A stretch of 61,713 nucleotides of DNA, counting the filler. It is 5 parts of 5 records of this genome, joined end to end, with 100 filler letters (N's around TTAATTAATTAA, not from the genome) between each part and the next. Parts side by side here need not be neighbours in the genome. Positions count along the whole stretch, not along the records: positions 46,023 to 61,713 come from SRR20825010_2381; 4 more parts are not named here. One strand, 5' to 3'. Positions within the stretch are counted from its first letter, which is position 1, and the number at the start of each line of letters is the position of its first letter. The notes under the pieces were generated by a model. The model did no database searches. It was not told where the DNA came from and worked only from the letters and a program-made list of their open reading frames with translations. This document shows positions 58,444 through 61,713 of the stretch, piece by piece. Made by a program: the position numbers and the translations under genes.

Positions 58444-59139
58444 TTAAGGTGTGTGCCGCATGGCATTCAAGGCGCCGGAGAAAAACTCCCGCCTCACGAG
58501 GATCAGTACGACAGACAGGGTGCCCACCATGAAAAGCCAGGGGCTGAAAAACCAGCCCAGCACCGCAAGGCCAAAAAAATTTGCGCGTAATCCCCTGTTA
58601 AAATGATGCCCACATAATGCCGCCAAGCGGGATGCAGCGGCCGCGCGTGCTGCCGCGATATCAGTTCCGCCATCTTCCGGTTCGCACATGGCACCAACGG
58701 TAATCGCACAATAATTGGCGAGCCTTATGGCCCAGGCGAATTTGAAAAATGCATAAACAAAAATCCCCAAAAGCAGGCTAAGTTTGATAGCCCAGCGGCC
58801 CGGTGAAATCGGCTCTGCAAAGGGAATTGAAGAGAAAGCAGTGCTCAGGTCCTCGTTGTAAGCAAGGCCCGCAATCAACCCACCAATCACAAAAATATTG
58901 GTAGACGCAAAAATGCTGATGCCTGAGACGAGCACCCCAAGTATGGAGCTATCGATCATGCGAAACTCACGAAACCGTGCGGCCTGCATCCAATTGTCGC
59001 GCTGACGATCCATCGCGGCAGAGATAGACTTCTTCCGAAGCGTGCTATGGTCGGTAATGAGCGTATAAAGACTAACGACAACCGCAAAAAACACCAGCGC
59101 CCACATGTCTATCGTGCGCATATGATCCAAAATCTGCAT
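58444..59139 (-). CDS. DUF599 family membrane protein
   Basis: R..WM...RE.R..D, FAST, AFFKF.WA.R..NY, HFNRGLRA.FF, RREF.S. Confidence 0.8.
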   Translation of the reverse strand: MQILDHMRTIDMWALVFFAVVVSLYTLITDHSTLRKKSISAAMDRQRDNWMQAARFREFRMIDSSILGVLVSGISIFASTNIFVIGGLIAGLAYNEDLSTAFSSIPFAEPISPGRWAIKLSLLLGIFVYAFFKFAWAIRLANYCAITVGAMCEPEDGGTDIAAARAAAASRLAALCGHHFNRGLRANFFGLAVLGWFFSPWLFMVGTLSVVLILVRREFFSGALNAMRHTP

Positions 59140-59253
59140 ATTGTTGTTGCCCTGCCTCAGCCATGAAACGATTTGAACATCACAGCAACACTGTAAATGG
59201 TTTCCATTTCAGATGTCATGTGATTTGCTTAAAAACACTGAAGGAGCCGATAG

Positions 59254-60009
59254 ATGCGGCTATTACTGGTTATTGTTTTTCTCATCAGCGTGCCGAGCTT
59301 CGCGCAGGACATCAGCTATTCCTCCATAGAGCGTGGCAGGGAAGTGTTTAAACGCTGCCAGAATTGCCACACCATTGATGAAGATGGTTATCACCGCGCA
59401 GGCCCTAATCTCTATGGGGTTTTGGGCAGGAAAATAGCGTCGCTGCCAGATTTTGACTATAGCCCTGCCCTCAAGGAGTACGGCGGGGTCTGGACTACTG
59501 AGGCGCTTGATAGCTTTATCGAACGCCCAGGTCATGTGGCTGTGGGAACAGATATGACCTTCCGCGGTATCCGCAATAAAGGTGATCGGCAGGCCCTAAC
59601 CTATTTTCTGGCACTACAGGGCAAAGGTACTGTGAACATCGAGGTAACAGATACGCTCTTGGCTGTTTTGGGTGAAGGCGATGCAGCCCGCGGCAAACGC
59701 CTGTTTCGCCCTTGCCGCACATGCCACAGCTTCAAGAAGGGAGCCAGCCACAAGGTCGGCCCCAACCTCTACGGCATTGTCGGTCGTGAGATAGCCTCAG
59801 CCCCCGGCTTTGGCTATAGCGAGCAACTTATCCGGCACAAAGGCACATGGACACCTGAGCACTTGAATAGCTTCATATTTGAAGAAAAGAAATTCACCCA
59901 GGGCACCCATCTGGCATTTCGTCCACTCACCGAACTGTCTGACCGCGCAGACCTGATTGCGTGGCTCAGAACGCTCTCCCCAGACTATTTGGAGAAAGAG
60001 CCGCGCTAG
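59254..60009 (+). CDS. periplasmic di-haem cytochrome c (two tandem cytochrome c2-like domains)
   Basis: Signal peptide; CQNCH and CRTCH, each followed by GPNLYG; AAGGAG RBS. Confidence 0.9.
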   Translation: MRLLLVIVFLISVPSFAQDISYSSIERGREVFKRCQNCHTIDEDGYHRAGPNLYGVLGRKIASLPDFDYSPALKEYGGVWTTEALDSFIERPGHVAVGTDMTFRGIRNKGDRQALTYFLALQGKGTVNIEVTDTLLAVLGEGDAARGKRLFRPCRTCHSFKKGASHKVGPNLYGIVGREIASAPGFGYSEQLIRHKGTWTPEHLNSFIFEEKKFTQGTHLAFRPLTELSDRADLIAWLRTLSPDYLEKEPR

Positions 60010-60293
60010 AACGAGGCGTAAAAGCTGCGCTTCTCTCGGATAATCATCACAATTCTCCTGCGATGAATGAGCTCTGCACCGTATGAAACGGCCCAATCAA
60101 TCCGTGGCCCGAAAAGGTCGAAGTGCTCTTTTTCTGTGCCACGATGCTGCAGCCACGCGGGCGCCATACCAATCTGGTGCGCAAAGGCGGTCAGCTCGAA
60201 GGTACCCTCAACGCCAGCGATATCCGAGATCAGGTGGGATGACGGGCCAAACCTGTGGCCCCAATCCGTTGGTGCGTCAATAAAGATAGCCAT
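60006..60293 (-). CDS. DUF4031 family protein
   Basis: IFIDAP..W, SHLISD, EL.AFA..IG...WLQ, HFDL, GA. Confidence 0.7.
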   Translation of the reverse strand: MAIFIDAPTDWGHRFGPSSHLISDIAGVEGTFELTAFAHQIGMAPAWLQHRGTEKEHFDLFGPRIDWAVSYGAELIHRRRIVMIIREKRSFYASF

Positions 60294-60358
60294 ATGGGCA
60301 AGATGCCTAACTTCCGGCTGACCAGCAAGCCTGATCAGCCATAACACTCAGCTGGCGC

Positions 60359-61549
60359 TTAGGCGACGCTTGCTATCGCTTTCGCCACATATGGGATATT
60401 GGCATCTGTCAGGCCCGCCACATTGATGCGGCCATTCCCCGGGAAATAGATCGACTTCTCGCGTTGCAGCACAGCAACCTGCTCGGGGCTTAAGTTGAGA
60501 AGTGAGAACATCCCTGTTTGCCGTGCAACAGCACCAAACCTATCACCAAGCCCTTCCGCCTCCAGCGCCGCAGCAAGTGAGCCACGGAGGCCGTTGATAC
60601 GGTCGCGCATGGCGTTCAGCTCTTCGGCCCAAGCGGCCATTAACCCGGCGTCCTGCATCACGGTGGTGGCCAAGGCCGCACCGTGTGAAGGCGGCATTGA
60701 ATAATTAGCCCGGGCAAGCTGCGCAAGGTTTGTCACCAATGCATCACGCATCCCGTCTTTCTCGCCCTTGATGAACAAGGCGCCGGTGCGTTCACGGTAC
60801 AGTCCAAAGTTTTTGGAACAGGAATAGGACAGGAGAGCTTCGGGTAGCGCAGAGAAGATCGAGCGCACGGCGGCTGCGTCTTCATCAAGGCCAGCGGCAA
60901 AGCCCTGATAGGCCATATCAAGGAACGGTACCAAGCCTTTGCGCACCAAAAGAGCTTGCACTTTCGCCCAATCCGCAGCGCTCAAGTCGGCCCCGGTTGG
61001 GTTATGGCAACAGGCATGCAATAGCACAACATCACCGGCTTTTGCCGCCTCTAATGAGGTCAGCATGGCCTCTATCTCGATTGTCGACGTTTGACGGTTA
61101 TAATAGTCGTACACCTTGTGCTTAAGCCCTGCGGCTGCGAGGGTTGGCACATGGTTCGCCCAAGTTGGGTTACTCACCCACACGGTGGTTTCAGGGTCGG
61201 CGAATGCGATCATTTCAAACGCAAGCCGTAGCGCACCGCAACCGCCGGGAGTTTGGATAGCGCCCAGCTTGTCGCCCATTTTTTCAACCAAAACATCGCC
61301 AAACACCAGGTTGGCGCAACCGTCCGTGAAGCCTGGCCACCCCGTTGGAGAAATATACACCTTACTGCCCTCAGACGCGCTTAGGCGATCAAAGGCACTT
61401 TGCACTGCACCCAGAATAGGTGTTTTACCGTCGGCTGTTTTATAGACACCGACACCAAGGTCGACTTTGGCCGGGTTGCTGTCCGCTTTATAGAGCGCGG
61501 AAAGGCCGAGAATCGGGTCAGCTGGCAACGGATTTAGGTGCGAAAACAT
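60359..61549 (-). CDS. aromatic/aspartate aminotransferase (class I, AspC/TyrB family)
   Basis: DPILGL, LGVGVY, QTPGG.GALR, PTWANH, CHNPTG.D, DMAYQGF, SCSKNFGLYRERTG, RINVAG. Confidence 0.95.
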   Translation of the reverse strand: MFSHLNPLPADPILGLSALYKADSNPAKVDLGVGVYKTADGKTPILGAVQSAFDRLSASEGSKVYISPTGWPGFTDGCANLVFGDVLVEKMGDKLGAIQTPGGCGALRLAFEMIAFADPETTVWVSNPTWANHVPTLAAAGLKHKVYDYYNRQTSTIEIEAMLTSLEAAKAGDVVLLHACCHNPTGADLSAADWAKVQALLVRKGLVPFLDMAYQGFAAGLDEDAAAVRSIFSALPEALLSYSCSKNFGLYRERTGALFIKGEKDGMRDALVTNLAQLARANYSMPPSHGAALATTVMQDAGLMAAWAEELNAMRDRINGLRGSLAAALEAEGLGDRFGAVARQTGMFSLLNLSPEQVAVLQREKSIYFPGNGRINVAGLTDANIPYVAKAIASVA

Positions 61550-61590
61550 AAGAAGCCTCGTTTTTGGAAGGTGATGAGCGTCGAATATTA

Positions 61591-61604
61591 GTTACATATG
61601 TAAC
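61591..61604. promoter_or_regulatory. perfect palindromic operator upstream of the aminotransferase
   Basis: GTTACATATGTAAC, about 42 nt upstream of the start codon. Confidence 0.6.
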
Positions 61605-61655
61605 AATTTGTAAAGAGCGAACACCACAAGCGTACAGGGCTAACTTCAGATAAAG

Positions 61656-61713
61656 TGGCGATCCCGCGAGGACTCGAACCCCGAACCTGCTGATTAGAAG
61701 TCAGCTGCTCTAT
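61656..61713 (-). tRNA. tRNA-Arg(TCT), 5' end cut by window end
   Basis: Minus strand ATAGAGCA-GCTGA-CTTCTAA-TCAGC-AGGTT-CGGGG-TTCGAGT-CCTCG-CGGGATCG-CCA. Confidence 0.92.

Noticed and set aside
1-61713. CRISPR arrays, IS elements, integrases, prophage, toxin-antitoxin or retron modules
   Set aside because: By eye I found no regularly spaced repeats and no transposase, recombinase, reverse-transcriptase or phage motifs in the ORFs.

Overview
The window is not one locus. It is five unrelated contigs joined by 100-nt artificial linkers (N-run/TTAATTAATTAA/N-run at 8722-8821, 19525-19624, 27518-27617, 45923-46022), so no adjacency across a linker is biological. Taxonomy below is inferred from gene content only. 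Contig 1 (1-8721, alphaproteobacterium): trpS'-DUF2333-USP, a GST-like gene, then nfuA-rutE-tsaB-rimI-fur-plsC-miaB'. Contig 2 (8822-19524, Rhizobiales-like): non-pyrrolysine MttB plus a GcvT-family dehydrogenase, class III aminotransferase, mmsB and acyl-CoA dehydrogenase, cobQ, an AraC/VOC pair, a 56-aa membrane protein, TSUP and a TerB-like gene. Contig 3 (19625-27517, Marinobacter-like): tRNA-Leu 3' end, a large acidic lipoprotein, acyl-CoA dehydrogenase, ubiX, mpl, PPi-type pfk, grxA and an MCP fragment. Contig 4 (27618-45922, Rhodospirillales-like): peptide ABC genes, a dimethylglycine-dehydrogenase-like gene, polyamine ABC, SDR, an FNR-box USP operon, pdxH, 17-kDa lipoprotein, DnaJ, a methyltransferase, yihY and fabI'. 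Contig 5 (46023-61713, marine alphaproteobacterium, Kordiimonas-like): queE', queF, hspQ, sseA-metC, a cupredoxin/EAL/outer-membrane operon, exported PepF, DUF599, a di-haem cytochrome c, DUF4031, an aminotransferase and tRNA-Arg(TCT)'. I saw no CRISPR array, integrase, transposase or phage gene. The best candidate for an uncharacterised system is the overlapping three-gene operon at 52012-56259 (type-1-copper periplasmic protein, dCache-HAMP-degenerate GGDEF-EAL phosphodiesterase, outer-membrane beta-barrel). Next best are the asymmetric di-haem cytochrome whose second domain lacks the axial Met, and a structured 3' element after hspQ.
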